From Octopus sinensis (taxonomy: Eukaryota), in NCBI RefSeq assembly GCF_006345805.1, contig NC_043009.1:64294001-64358000 (forward strand): a stretch of DNA of 64,000 bases, read 5' to 3'. Positions 1 through 12,200 of the stretch are shown here, piece after piece. Below the pieces are notes generated by a model. That model searched no databases. It was not told the origin of the DNA and worked only from the letters and a program-made list of their open reading frames with translations. The translations under genes and the position numbers were made by a program. Numbering within the stretch: the stretch's first letter is position 1; each line of letters opens with the position of its first letter.

Positions 1-18
1 AAAAGAAAATATTCAGAC

Positions 19-82
19 CTTTGAGTTCCTGAGAAGCAAATTCCTCGTTTGCTTCTTTCTGATTCTTTGGGTTATTTTCCAT
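19..82 (-). CDS. SLC22-like gene C, first coding exon (rest of gene lies left of the window)
   Basis: ATG at 82-80 gives MENNPKNQKEANEEFASQELK+G, 64 nt, followed by donor AAG|GTCTGA. It has the same length and phase as gene A exon 1 (47644-47707) and clear homology to it, including about 70 nt upstream. Confidence 0.7.
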
Positions 83-214
83 GTTACAGACAGTAGCTTT
101 CCAATTACTAACCTCACTGCACGGTGGCACCGAGAGAAATGTCTATGAAAAATAGTGTGTAGCAAATAACAGCGTTTCACTATAAGAGATAAAATGACGT
201 TTTAAAATATTGTA

Positions 215-1224
215 TACGAGATGCATTCCAGAAGTTTTGAGACTTTTGTTTTTAGAAGTGGTAGTTATTATATCTGTCCTAGCTTGTAATTTTAATATAT
301 TCTGACTCTAAAAAGGTTACAGCTAATAAGGTTACCTGCCGATTTTAGTTATTCCAGTTTGAATGAGACGGTTCTAACAGCACGTCCACCACGCCCTAAC
401 TAGACACTGCTTGTCACAGCTGACCAGTTGGTAGAATGCAGTCGGAGCGTGAAAGCCATTTGGAAGCTCACTATGCAGTGAAGTTTCGTGTTAAACTTGG
501 CAAAAAACGCTACTGAAACTTATGAAATGCCCCAGACTGGCCATTGATTAACTTCAATGAGTCAAGGAGCATGTTTTATGCTAGCACAAGAGGCCAGGCA
601 CAGCAAATTCATGGGGATCCCCTTTTCCGATAGAAAGGATATCGCCTACATCTGCTGGGCTCACTCAGACCAGACGGTCAACAAAGGGTATTTTGTGGAA
701 TTTTTGAGAGATTTAATGCCATTCATCCTCTAAGGATCGATAAGAACCAAAAATTCCAATAGAAAGCGGATTAGTAAAACTAAAGGAACAACGGATCGTA
801 TACCTAACAATATCTGTTACGTCTCTTGAGCCAAGTTATTAGGTTGTCATGGATGTGATTTCATCGCAAAAGGTCAGAGCACCTGAACCAGGACAATGCA
901 CCAGTCTACAATTCCATCTTGGTAACCAACTGTTTAACAGAGATAGGCACCAAAACTGACCCTCACACTCCCTGCAGTTCGGAACTTGTTCTTTGTGACT
1001 TTTGGTTGTTTCTCAAGCTGGAGAATACGACGGAGGCGGTGACAAATGTCCTGGGACATCTTCACTTTAGAAGGCGTCCATGGGGCCTTCATAAAGGGGC
1101 TGGAGCGCTACAACAAGTGCATTGAACTCAGAGGACCTTACTTTTGAGGAGATCAGAGTTTTGTGCTTCTTAGAAATTAATGCCTCTCCCGAAAAAGTCT
1201 GAAAGTTCTGTAATGCATCTAGTA
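215..1224 (+). mobile_element. Degenerate mariner-family DNA transposon
   Basis: Imperfect TIRs (tacgagatgcattccagaagttttgagactttt / aaaagtctgaaagttctgtaatgcatctagta). Broken transposase motifs YAVKFRVKLGK..ATETYEM, QTVNK and QDNAPV. Interrupted by a 137-bp insert at 713-849. Confidence 0.8.
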
Positions 1225-1272
1225 TGTTTATGTATTTACAGGATGTACCACAAAAATGTATACAAAAATGTA

Positions 1273-1676
1273 GGCGCAGGAGTGGCTGTGTGGTAAGTAG
1301 CTTGCTAACCAACCACATGGTTCCGGGTTCAGTCCCACTGCGTGGCATCTTGGGCAAGTGTCTTCTGCTATAGCCCCGGACCGACCAATGCCTTGTGAGT
1401 GGATTTGGTAGACGGAAACCGAAAGAAGCCTGTCGTATATATGTATATATATACATGTATGTGTGTGTGATTGTGTGTGCGTGTTTCTCCCCCTAGCATT
1501 GCTTGACAACCGATGCTGGTGTGTTTACGTCCCCGTCACTTAGCGGTTCGGCAAAAGAGACCGATAGAATAAGTCCTGGGCTTACAAAAAGAATAAGTCC
1601 CGGGGTCGAGTTGCTCGACTAAAGGCGGTGCTCCAGCATGGCCGCAGTCAAATGACTGAAACAAAGTAAAAGAGTA
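1273..1676 (+). mobile_element. tRNA-derived SINE, family A (other copies: 12829-13225 -, 19411-19595 -, 19654-19855 -, 20520-20870 -, 35818-36229 -, 40722-41132 +, 46400-46722 -, 51771-52167 -, partial 30720-30875 +, 63150-63330 -)
   Basis: Recurrent ~400-bp unit with a tRNA-like head (ggcgcaggagtggctgtgtggtaag...ggttcagtccc), an internal CA/TG microsatellite and a gactgaaacaagtaaaagagta tail. Confidence 0.85.
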
Positions 1677-2111
1677 AACATTGAACAATTATAAAGACAA
1701 TCTATACTAAAATACATTTCATTTTCAAAAATTGCATAGAACCTACCGACAGAATTTGATTATTTTATGAACTCCCTACTTTTCTTCTTACTTTTCCTAC
1801 TTTGCGGGGCTCATCGATGCCTGTGGTGTTCCGAAACGTTTCTTTCGGACATTCTCAACAGTTCCCTCTGCTTCAAACTTATCCCTAATTCCAATGTTGG
1901 TCAGTCACGCAAATTAAATCTATATGAAACTTTCCATAGACTCTCTTCGACAATATTTTCAAGCATTCAGTAAATTTCATTAGTTCAAATGTTAGCTTGA
2001 CTCTCTTCATTATTTTTAATGGCTTAAATCTAAAATGAAACGAGAATTAACAACTTACTGTTAGTTGTTAAACTGTGTATGTATAATTCTGAGTCACCCT
2101 GCATATTTGTT

Positions 2112-2182
<71 letters not shown>

Positions 2183-2215
2183 GTCTATCTATCTGTCTGT
2201 CTGTCTATCTACTTG

Positions 2216-2295
<80 letters not shown>

Positions 2296-2299
2296 CTTG

Positions 2300-2354
<55 letters not shown>

Positions 2355-2379
2355 GTCTGTCTGTCTGTCTATCTACTTG

Positions 2380-2442
<63 letters not shown>

Positions 2443-2590
2443 GTCTGTCTGTCTATCTGTCTATCTGTCTCTCTCTCTCTATCTGTCCGTCCGTCTGTCT
2501 GTTCATTTATCTATCTATCTGTCTGTCTGTCTCTGTCTGGTTGTCTCTCTCTCTCTCTATCTCCCCCTCTCTCTCTCTATATATATATAA
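2112..2590. repeat. Compound (TCTA)n/(TCTG)n/(TC)n microsatellite
   Basis: Read directly. It produces the spurious YLSI/SIYL ORFs. Confidence 0.95.
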
Positions 2591-2774
2591 TTATTTAAAA
2601 TTATAATTTAGGGTATCTAACAGATACCACCACGCTTGAAATAGCAGTCAAAACTTGACTCTATCTTGACTGCTATTTCAAGCGTGGTGGTATCTCTTAG
2701 ATACCCTAAATTATAATTTTAAATAATTATTACATTTGAAAGGTTTTTATTCCCATGCTGGCCACCTGATAAGA
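2587..2774. mobile_element. Inverted-repeat element of probable PLE origin (short copy)
   Basis: 65-bp arms 2587-2651 and 2666-2730 with one mismatch. Arms and 3' tail are shared with 10604-10932. Confidence 0.7.
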
Positions 2775-3070
2775 TCGGTATTTTAAATATCGATCTTATC
2801 TATATATATACTACACTCACGGAGTGGTTGGCGTTAGGAATGGCAACCAGCTGTAGAAATACTGCCACATCAGACTGGAGCCTGGTGTAGCCTCCTGGCT
2901 TCCCAGACCCCGGTCGAACCGTCCAACCCATGCTAGCATGGAAAACGGACGTTAAACGTTGATGATGATGATGATGATATATATATATATATATATATAT
3001 GATATATATATATATATATGTATTATTAATTGATAGTAGGGGATAGATTTCGTATTAGACATTTATTAGG

Positions 3071-3113
3071 TACAACGTATGTTTCGACCTATGAATCTGG
3101 GTCTCTTCAGGCA
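3071..3113 (-). ncRNA. Type I hammerhead ribozyme motif
   Basis: Minus strand reads UGC-CUGAAGA-GACC(cagauucaua)GGUC-GAAA-C(auac)GU-U|GUA. The core is canonical, stem II is 4 bp and stem I only 3 bp. Confidence 0.55.
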
Positions 3114-3179
3114 TGTATTCGAGCGTCTTAAATTTCCGCTACACTTTCCACTCACACTTCTTGTTTTCTCTGCAAGTAA

Positions 3180-3590
3180 TTTCATTCGTCACCTCTTAAA
3201 GTATGTCATCGGAATTCAAGGGATGCTATTCCTGCAGCAGCGTTCATGTAACAGTCAAGGCAAAGTTGCGTTCTCTTCTGCATATGGTTCGTGAAATATG
3301 GGCTTGTTTATATCAGCAAACGTGTGTGCATTATTTGGATTGAGAGGTTCAGTAGAAACCACTTTGTCGATCAGTTGCCAAGTGTTGTGGTTGTTTTCAG
3401 TTCTAAAAAGAAAATGTCATTAACCTCTTTTTTGGAATTCACGTGCGCCGTTACATTTCTATACACAGGTTTGAAATTTCTAGATGTTGCTACTGCTCCA
3501 GTTTGAAAACAGGTGCCTGTTATACCAGAACATCTTTAGCTGTTCAATCTACGATTCTTTCATAATTTCTTCCCATGTTAGATTGCAGGT
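3180..3590 (-). mobile_element. Helitron Rep-domain fossil
   Basis: Broken translation gives LTCNLTWEEI, EFQKRG**HFL, IDKVVSTE and HEPYAEENATLP in the right order. These match the Helitron motifs TCNPxWxEI, EFQKRGLPHxH, IDxxISAE and HGPCG..NxxxPC. Confidence 0.7.
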
Positions 3591-4636
3591 AAGTTTGAAA
3601 ACTAATGTTAGTTTTTCCCATTTTTTTTACAAGTATTAATAAATACTATAGACATAAAACTATTTGTCTCATACGTACAACAAAAAAAATCTTTTTATCT
3701 TATTGTAATATTCTCATAAATACGAGTTTGCATTGTGTATATTTAATGTAAAATATATACAATATACTACATAGTGGCATATAATCAAGATTCTGCTTTC
3801 ATTATTGAGATGTTTCTCTCTGGTTGGTATGAAGACGACTTGGCTGCTATTACTTCTAGCTCGAGTAGCCAGGTAAAAACTTTTACACTTGAGAATTCGT
3901 TTGAGTACGTTATTAATATTTTTGTAAGTTAGTGATATTTTTGAATAAATGTGAAAGGGAATTTAGTTTTGTGAAAAGTTTTGTCCACATTTTATTGCCA
4001 AATATTAATGAAAATTTCCCGATAATGAATGATTTGTTGACTTTAAAAAATTTCAGTAATTGTATATTAATTGATAATTAAGAATTCAGGTGATACATCT
4101 CCCTTACAAACGGTTGAGTCGACTGTTCTTCTGATTGAATGTCTGTGTAAAATAGCTTATCTATCTCAAAAATAAATAGTTTCAACTGATAGAATGATCA
4201 GTATTCAATAAATTGAAACACGTTTACAACAGAATTGCCATTTTCACTCTCTCAAGTCTTTAGTACATCTGCCGCCACTTTTATTACCGTTCTCTTTCTT
4301 CCACTAGTCCCCACTGAGTTAGAAAAAAAACTTGAACAAAAGCAGAAGACAGGCCTTATCTTTCTTTGCATTGCACATGAGAATTCAACGAATAAATTCA
4401 GCGAACCCACTTGTTTTTATTTCGTTTACCAACGCAGCAAATTGGAAAATTTGCCGCCCAGCACTTGCTCCAACTTTTCGCTCTCTGATTTCAAACGTCG
4501 CCGAAATGAATTAATGCCATTCATCCTCAAGAGATCGATAAGAACCAAAAATTCCAATAGAAAGCGGATTAGTAAAACTAAAGGAACAACGGATCGTATA
4601 CCTGACAATATCTGTTATGTCTCTTGAGCCAAGTTA

Positions 4637-5901
4637 TTAGGTTGTCAAGGAAGTTCTTGCGGAATTTTAAATTTTGGTTTTAAATGATCTATTTTCAAAT
4701 TAATTTTCGATAAATTACTTTGACTTTATATATCAGTTTAAAGCCCGTCTTTCATTCTATAAATCGTGTTATTCTTTTTCTTTTTGAATAATTAGGCCAT
4801 TTTTTCAGGAACGTTGAATACAACATGGGCAAAAAGCAAATTCGCACAATTTTCTTATTCCAGTTCAAGCTAGGCTGAAAAGCTGCTGAAACAGCTCGTG
4901 ATATCAACGATGCGTTTGTCCCAGGAACCACTAATGAACGTACAGCACAATGGTGGTTCAAGAAATTTCCTAGCGGTGACGAGAGTCTTGAAGATGATAA
5001 ACGTAGTGGTCGGCCATCGGATGTTGACAACGATCAACTAAGAGCCTTAGCCGAAGCCAATCCACTCACAACTGTTCGAGAGCTTGCTTCTGAATTAGAC
5101 GTAACGTATACGACAATTTCCAACCACTTGAAAGAGATAAGAAAAACATAAATACTTGAGAAATGGGTGCCGCACAAATCGAACGACAACCAAAAAACAA
5201 CAAAAAGAAAACGCCGTTTTGAAGTGTTATCTTCCCTTCATTTATGCAACAAGAACGACCCATTTCTCGACCGGATTGTGAGTTGTGATGAAAAGTGGAT
5301 TCTTTACGACAACCGGTGACGCTCAGCTCAGTGGTTGGACACCGACGAAGCTCCAAGGCACTTCCTGTAGCCAAAGTTGCACCAAAAGAAGGTCATGGTA
5401 ACTGTTTGGTGGTCTGCAGCCGGTCTCATCCATCACAGCCAGGCGAAACCATTACGGCAAAGAAGTACTGTCAGCAAATGGATGAAATGCATAAGAAACT
5501 CCGATAACAACAGCCAGTATTGGTCAATAAAAAAGGACCAATTCTTCTCCACGACAACGCTCGGCTGCACGTCGCACAACTGACCCTGCAGAAGTCGAAC
5601 GAATTGGGCTACGAAACTCTGCCTCATCTGCCATACTCACCCGACCTCTCGCCTACCGACTACCCCTTTTTCAAGCATTTCGACAACTTCCTGCGTGAGA
5701 AATGCTTAAAAAAACCAAGACGACTTCATCGCCACCAGAACGCAGGATTTTTACGCTACTGGCATAAATAAACTTGTTTCGCGTTGGCAAAAGAGTGTTA
5801 ATTCTGATGGTATTTATTTCGATTAATAGTTTTGTTTGAACCGAGATATGGGCTTCTGAATTTAAAAGTTAAAAACCGCAAGAACGTTCCTGACAACCTA
5901 A
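4637..5901 (+). mobile_element. Full-length but inactivated mariner transposon (DD34D type)
   Basis: 1265 bp with TA duplications at 4635-4636 and 5902-5903. TIRs ttaggttgtcaaggaagttcttgcgg / ccgcaagaacgttcctgacaacctaa. Motifs IVSCDEKWILYDN, HDNARLHV and PYSPDLSPTDY, with stops and frameshifts. Confidence 0.95.
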
Positions 5902-6029
5902 TAGATGGTATACTTGACCTGTCTCTGATGTAACACCTTCACCTGACACCTTGGCTGTGCGATGGAGGTATTATGAACATTATCTTTCCTCTGGACTAAA
6001 AAAAAAGAAAGGAATTCTGATCCTTCTAG

Positions 6030-6459
6030 AAGATATTGGGCATGTTTCGCAATTCGGTCGGCCATATTTCTTCACTTTTGCGTCCGTTATTTTAGAAAGG
6101 GACAAAAATTCAAAATCAAATCTGACTTTACTTGTGCCTCAGAAAACCTGATTTATGTTATAAGATGCTCGGGCTGCCACCAAAACTACATAGGATCCAC
6201 GGGATTATCGCTCAGACACAGGTGCACTCTGCATCGGCAGCAGATTGCATTCCCAGAATACAGAATGATACCCTTTAGTGAACAAATTGACAAATGCGCA
6301 AAGCAACTACTACCACAATTTTTAATCTTTCCATTTTATCAATATGCCATTGGAACACCAGCACAAGTGAGATTAAATAAGGAGACCTACTTCATTGACA
6401 AATATAAGCCATTTCTAGCAATTTTAAATAAGGAAACTTACCTCATTGAAAAAATATAA
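6030..6459 (+). mobile_element. Penelope-like element, GIY-YIG endonuclease fragment
   Basis: Open frame GQKFKIKSDFTCASENLIYVIRCSGCHQNYIGSTGLSLRHRCTLHRQQI...FPFYQ...RLNKETYFIDKYKP. The last ~35 bp are tandemly duplicated. Confidence 0.85.
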
Positions 6460-6796
6460 AGCAAAACTTAACCACTTCTAACATTCAATTCTTTCTAAAC
6501 CAAATCATGTTAAATTAATAAAACCTACTCATTCCCAAATGTTTGATTATCTCCCTTATACCGGAAAAATCCCTGATTACCATCCCCTGTCTGGAACTCT
6601 TATACTTCACATTATAGCGAAGAGATGACACAATATCGGCAAAGAAATTTGAAAAGAAAATACGAAACCGGTTATTTCTCCAAAAACAATGTTACTTTAC
6701 ACAAAATTTTATAACATTTTTCTAACATAACGATTTAGACATATTCTTTAACCATATAATACAAGTATTCTGTAGTTTTTACACTCTATTTCGTCT

Positions 6797-6838
<42 letters not shown>

Positions 6839-6842
6839 TATA

Positions 6843-7214
6843 CTAGCACTATGACCCGGCAACGTAGGATCATAGTGCTAGTGCATGCATATACAGCTGC
6901 GTGCGTGCGCACATACACGCGAGTACTGTCCAAATCTCCGACCAATCACATACAGCTAGCTGGCATTCAATTGGCGTATCAAGTTTCGGGAATTTTGATT
7001 AGGTTTTGGATAGAAAATTCCCAAAAAAGTCACTTCTATTGATTTATTTAATGGCTTTGCGGGGTGACTGGGGAAATGTAAAGATGTGCACGACCACCAT
7101 TGGACGGTTTTGAATGACCATAGAAAGTACGAGCCCTCTAACTGAAAGATTGTAGAATTGTAATAAAGGATACACAAACACAGACAGACAGACATTTTGC
7201 CGTTTATATATATA
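6843..7214 (-). mobile_element. Non-autonomous Helitron
   Basis: 3' CTAG|T with a terminal palindrome at 6842-6882 and a TATATATAAA-type 5' end near 7214. The 3' end is shared with 61120-61585. Confidence 0.65.
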
Positions 7215-7809
7215 ATAACCCTCTCATGTTCATTTCTTTCTTTTCTTTCTTTCTCGTATATTCCGTCAATGCATTCTCAGTTGCTGCGCATTCTTAAAAC
7301 TGAACAACGTCAACTAAAAATAGATGACTGTTTATGAACTGCCTAACTTTCATAAAAATTCAATCTCTTAACGCTTGCTGTGGTTTTCTTCCTTCTTTTT
7401 TTTTTGTTTTTTACTATCATCATAATCTTAATACAGTTGCAGCATTCTCTCTTTCTCTCTATATTGTGATTCTTATAACATATTTAGGTCAATTCTAGTC
7501 ACACCAGTGGCTGTGTAAGCAGCTACTGTTGTGATGGTGTTCAAGAGTTTCGTCTTATCGTTTATTACATTCAGCAGACACTGTACTAATAAGGGAATAA
7601 ACAGTATCCCATTCGAAACCAAAATATCTGTAATTGTTGCTGCTTAGCTGGAGTTTGCAAAAATATAAAAGTAGGCATTTGCAATATGGCATGTTTTAGC
7701 TACAGCTTAATATCAATATTGCAATGTTGCATTTGTTATATTGTTTAATATGATAACATATTTTGTAATATTTGTTTGTATAAGCTGATAAAAAATAAAT
7801 AAACGCACC

Positions 7810-8050
7810 CTTTTAAAGCCTAGCCAGGCTCATGGGACCGGTTTCCCGGTTTCAATGGCGTATGTGTTCCTCAGTTGGATGGGATGCCAGTCCATCGCAG
7901 CGTTACTCACTTTTGCCAGCTGAGTGGACTGGAGCAACATGAAATGAAGTGTTTTGCTCAAGAACACAATGCGTCGCCCTGTCCAGGAATCGAAACCACA
8001 ATCTTAGGATCATGATGTTGACACCCTAACCACTAAGCCACGCGCCTCCA
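7810..8050 (-). mobile_element. tRNA-derived SINE with CORE-like central block (related copy 54110-54440 +)
   Basis: tRNA-like head followed by tgtgt(c/t)cttgagcaa.acact...ttgctccagtccactcagctg. Confidence 0.7.
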
Positions 8051-8965
8051 CAGTATAAGCTGATACAGTTTCACAATTGATAAGTCGATGGTAAAAACAT
8101 TTCATCTTACGCTACAGTCATATTTTGGAAGCCATATTTTTAATGCCTGTAACTAATCTGATTGGTTATTGTTTGTCTAAATTATTATTATTTTTTTCTC
8201 AAAATGTTTTGTCCCAAGATCGCCGTGACTCTGTCAATGAGGCACAAGTTTTCAAAATGGCGAATAAAAAAGATTCTAGCTGAATTTCTTTTGTATTACA
8301 TCTGTGTGGCAAGCGAGTGAGTCGATGATATTTTAATTTATTTATTTGAGGATTTTATCTTGCTTTCATTTTTTGTTACCTATATAAGGACACACAAGTG
8401 TGTGCGTGCGCATGTGTGATTGACCGTAGTTTTGTTTTAGCCTTATTGTACCTATATTTCCTCGAAAGGCATGTTACACCATTAATCTTGCTATGGAGTA
8501 GTGAATGGGGCCCAAACCCACTTCTTGTATCTGTGGGGTTTTCTTGAAATGAAGACATATTTTTTAATTCAGTATATTTTAACGATCGACTGTGCTTCTG
8601 TACGACATGTTGAGAAACTATGAACGTCTGCTGTTTGCATTATTTTGTCACCATTTTCCCCGCAATCCTTGTTATTTAATGCAAGCCCATAAAAATGTTG
8701 GAATAAAAATTCTCTGCAGACATCCCAAAAGTTCAACATTAAGACATCCGCCACCAAAGTAGTCCAGTAATGGAATGTATCGACACACAGAGATATTATA
8801 TGTTCGACGAGCTTCTTTCAGTTTCAGTCTATCAAATCCACTCACAAACTTTGGTCGGCCCGAGGCTTTAACAGAAGACACTTGTCCAAGATGTCATCTG
8901 GCTGCTCCAAACTGAACCAGTGCCTGTATGTGTGTGTGTGTGTCTGTGTATTATTGTTATTATTG

Positions 8966-9082
<117 letters not shown>

Positions 9083-9501
9083 GTGTATATCAACACACGC
9101 TGGCACGCTACATACGCCCCCACCCCTTCCCCTCCCTCCCTTCCTCCTTCCTTCTTTTTCTTACTACTGACCTTTGTCTGCTATGCCGACCACTGTCTCG
9201 CCCTACCTCACACGCCTACACACAGACGCACACACTAACACATACATATATTTTTTGTTTTTTTTATCTCGCCTCACACACACACATACACACACGCACA
9301 CGCACACACTCACACATACACACACATCTGTTGCGTTACCAACCTTGTCTCCACTCTTTTGCCTTTAAAAACCCACTTTGCTCTTGTTATCGTAAACTTC
9401 CGCCTTCACCATGTGTAACTCGTAAACACCAGTCGTTTTTTTTTTTCTCTATCCCTGTTGCCCGCTTTGGGATCTTTCTTTCCTCTCTCTTCCTTCTTTA
9501 T

Positions 9502-9536
9502 GTTTCCGACGAAGAGCTCCGCTCGAAACGTCATAC
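9502..9536 (+). ncRNA. Minimal hammerhead-like motif with CCGACGA core, in a PLE-type terminal repeat
   Basis: GUUU-CCGACGA-A-GAGC(ucc)GCUC-GAAA-CGUC|AUAC. Second copy at 36851-36885 (-). Confidence 0.5.
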
Positions 9537-9623
9537 CCTCCTGCTTCCATTTCCTGAGTGCCTATTAATAATAATACTGTAATTGTTCCATTGTTGTTGT
9601 TTTTTTGTTTTCCCGTTTGGATT

Positions 9624-9684
<61 letters not shown>

Positions 9685-9764
9685 GTATGTATGTATGTAT
9701 GTATGTATGTATGTATGTATGTATGTATGTATGTATGGTAGTTGTCTACTCCTTATGCAGAGTC

Positions 9765-9974
9765 TGACCACCTCCTGTACCTACACCTTAGAACCAATCT
9801 GATGTAGCTTTGTTTTTTTGAAAGCACCCACATAGATTGCTTATCCGATTTGGACCACCAAGAGCTGCAGATAAGTTCTTATATATGTGGATCTTAAAAT
9901 GTCTTTTGAAGCCTCCGTTGGATTTGCAAACCTTCTGGGATACATTGCATTTAAAGATGTGCACAGACATATAG

Positions 9975-10025
<51 letters not shown>

Positions 10026-10300
10026 TATATATATATGGGTGTGTGTGTGTGTGTGTGTGTGTGATTGTGTATGTATTCCAATCAAATGAATTCAGTCATA
10101 GTAATCAACTGGAACCTAGTCTCGTAGTCAGATTAGAGTTGCTTCTGTATCCAATATTCGGTGCTGATGATGTGATAACTGCTTTAAAATGCTTGCCTCA
10201 GTCGATCTGGCCCCTCCAAACTGACCTGACATGTTTACACCTTTCTGTCTCCAACAAAATACTGTGCAGACACTTCCTACAGGTTCGAACATGCTTCCGG
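9765..10300 (-). mobile_element. RTE-clade LINE 3' remnant split by microsatellites
   Basis: 9765-9955 is homologous to 49425-49640 (CKSNGGFKRHFKIH). 10130-10290 gives degenerate CLHSIL and EASILKQL. Confidence 0.65.
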
Positions 10301-10325
10301 CATATTCGAACTGGTGACAAGTTCG

Positions 10326-10359
<34 letters not shown>

Positions 10360-10410
10360 TTATATATAATATATATATATAATATATATATATATATATT
10401 ATATTATATA

Positions 10411-10481
<71 letters not shown>

Positions 10482-10509
10482 TATATACACATATACATAT
10501 ACATACATA

Positions 10510-10600
<91 letters not shown>

Positions 10601-10603
10601 TAT

Positions 10604-10932
10604 ATAATTCAGGGTATCTGAGAGATACCACCACGCTGAAAATAGCAGTCAAAACCTGACTCTAAAGCCACATTATTCCACTGACGAAGGCAAAGCATCC
10701 CTTATGCAAAGCCGGAAATCCAGGATCTGGAATTATCCAGTAAATTTTTTTTGCTAGTATATTGTGTCCTTCTGTCTTCTCTCCTAGTGCTATATGGACA
10801 TTTAATGTGGCTTTAGAGTCAGGTTTTGACTGCTATTTTCAGCGTGGTGGTATCTCAGATACCCTAAATTATAGTTTTAAATAATTATTACCTTTGAAAG
10901 GTTTTTATTCCCATGCTGGCCACTTGATAAGA
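10604..10932. mobile_element. Inverted-repeat element of probable PLE origin with a hammerhead in the spacer
   Basis: ~70-bp arms 10604-10675 and 10803-10872 (one mismatch, one 2-bp indel). The tail matches 2731-2774. Confidence 0.75.
10675..10733 (+). ncRNA. Type I hammerhead ribozyme motif
   Basis: Stem I AUUCCA/UGGAAU, CUGACGA, A, stem II GGC..GCAU(cccuu)AUGC..GCC, G, GAAA, stem III AUC(cag)GAU, cleavage triplet AUC after 10727. Confidence 0.65.
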
Positions 10933-11035
10933 TTTACATATGGGAGATTCTGAATATGCAACCACCCCCGTATGACCTAGAATAAAAAAATACAACAAAA
11001 AACATCGCCCTGGTACTATTTAAGAACAATGATCT

Positions 11036-11240
11036 CGGTGCGCGCGCTCGCGCATCCGCGCTGGCTAGTCGTGAGTAGTCGATCCTACAACGACTCCCTA
11101 GCAAAGTAAATACATTTTTTAAACAAAATAAATAAAACACAAAGACACAAAGTAAATAATTTTTTAAACAAAGTAAATAAGACAAAAACACAAAGTAAGG
11201 ATCGACTAGTCACGACTAGCTGGCGCGGATGCGCGCACCG
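11036..11240. mobile_element. Small MITE-like element with GC-rich inverted ends
   Basis: Arms 11036-11086 and 11198-11240 (cggtgcgcgc...atccgcgc..gctagtcgtga.tagtcgatcc) around an A-rich tandem core. Confidence 0.7.
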
Positions 11241-11254
11241 GAACCACTCTTTTT

Positions 11255-12200
11255 AAATAGTACCCATAAGTGATTTTTAAAGACTCTAAAGAGTCCACAG
11301 GAAATTGTTTGCAATACTCATCAACTTTGTTGACATTCAAAAGTTCCATGAATTTAAACTCTTCTAAGGATGAATATCGTGCTTTTATTTGGTCAAGTAC
11401 TGTACTGATAATTTTGTTATAAACCATTCTATAATGCGTTTGGGGCTCAATAGATACATTCTTGGATCTCATCGACTCCATATTTTCCCCCTAACATATC
11501 ATAAAAGATTGAAAAATTATCAAGTTTGTTTTCGAGTATAGTTCTAGTTTTATCGATTTGCTCTTTACAATACACTATGTCATGGCTTTTACTCTGGACT
11601 TTTACTATGTCATTACTTTTACACGTCAGTAAAAGAAAAAAATGTCACTGAATACGTCTAACAAAAATAAGAAATCAGGAGCTTTTAAAGTGTGTAAGAA
11701 TCCAATTGCTGAATTTATGGTGGTATCATTCCATGCTTCAGGATTTTCAGTGATGTGTTCAAAAAAGTTGATTATGAAATTATAATTTTCCTTTGTGGTA
11801 ATAATAAGACGTGAGTGGTAATTCCATCTAGTTCCTGTTGCTTTCGGAAATCTTTTTTTAACAATGTTATCTAATGCATTAGCCCTTTTCGGTGATATCG
11901 TAAAAAATGTCCCCAGTCCGTTTATTGTAGAAAAAAATATCTTGCATTATTTCATAGCAGAGCATGATTGTGAAGGAACTAAATTTAGGATATGAGCATA
12001 ACAATGAATAAAGATCACACATACATATTTCTTTCTTGCTTTTGCCTGTAACCCATTTAATTGTAGCTTCGCAAATTAGGTAAATTCGGTGTGGGTCTCC
12101 TACCATTTATAATTAATTGTTATCCATCGAAGTCTCTTTTCGAAAAACTATTTCTCAAAATATCGTTTATAACACACATTTCACTCATTTCGAAAAAGGC
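11255..12200 (-). mobile_element. hAT-superfamily transposase fossil
   Basis: Fragments IFFYNKRTGDIF and YRMVYNKIISTVLDQIKARYSSLEEFKFMELL..FP..SLESLKITYG resemble ZMYM/hAT-type transposase. Recognised by eye. Confidence 0.55.

Noticed and set aside
2065-2606. Long ORFs of YLSI, IYIY, THTH and VCMY type here and throughout the window
   Set aside because: They are translations of stop-free microsatellite frames with no coding signal.
4200-4634. Possible upstream continuation of the Helitron fossil (AGRQIFQFAA...EFIR)
   Set aside because: The resemblance to the GRLFQQ..FIR region is weak and broken by stops, so it was left out of the feature call.
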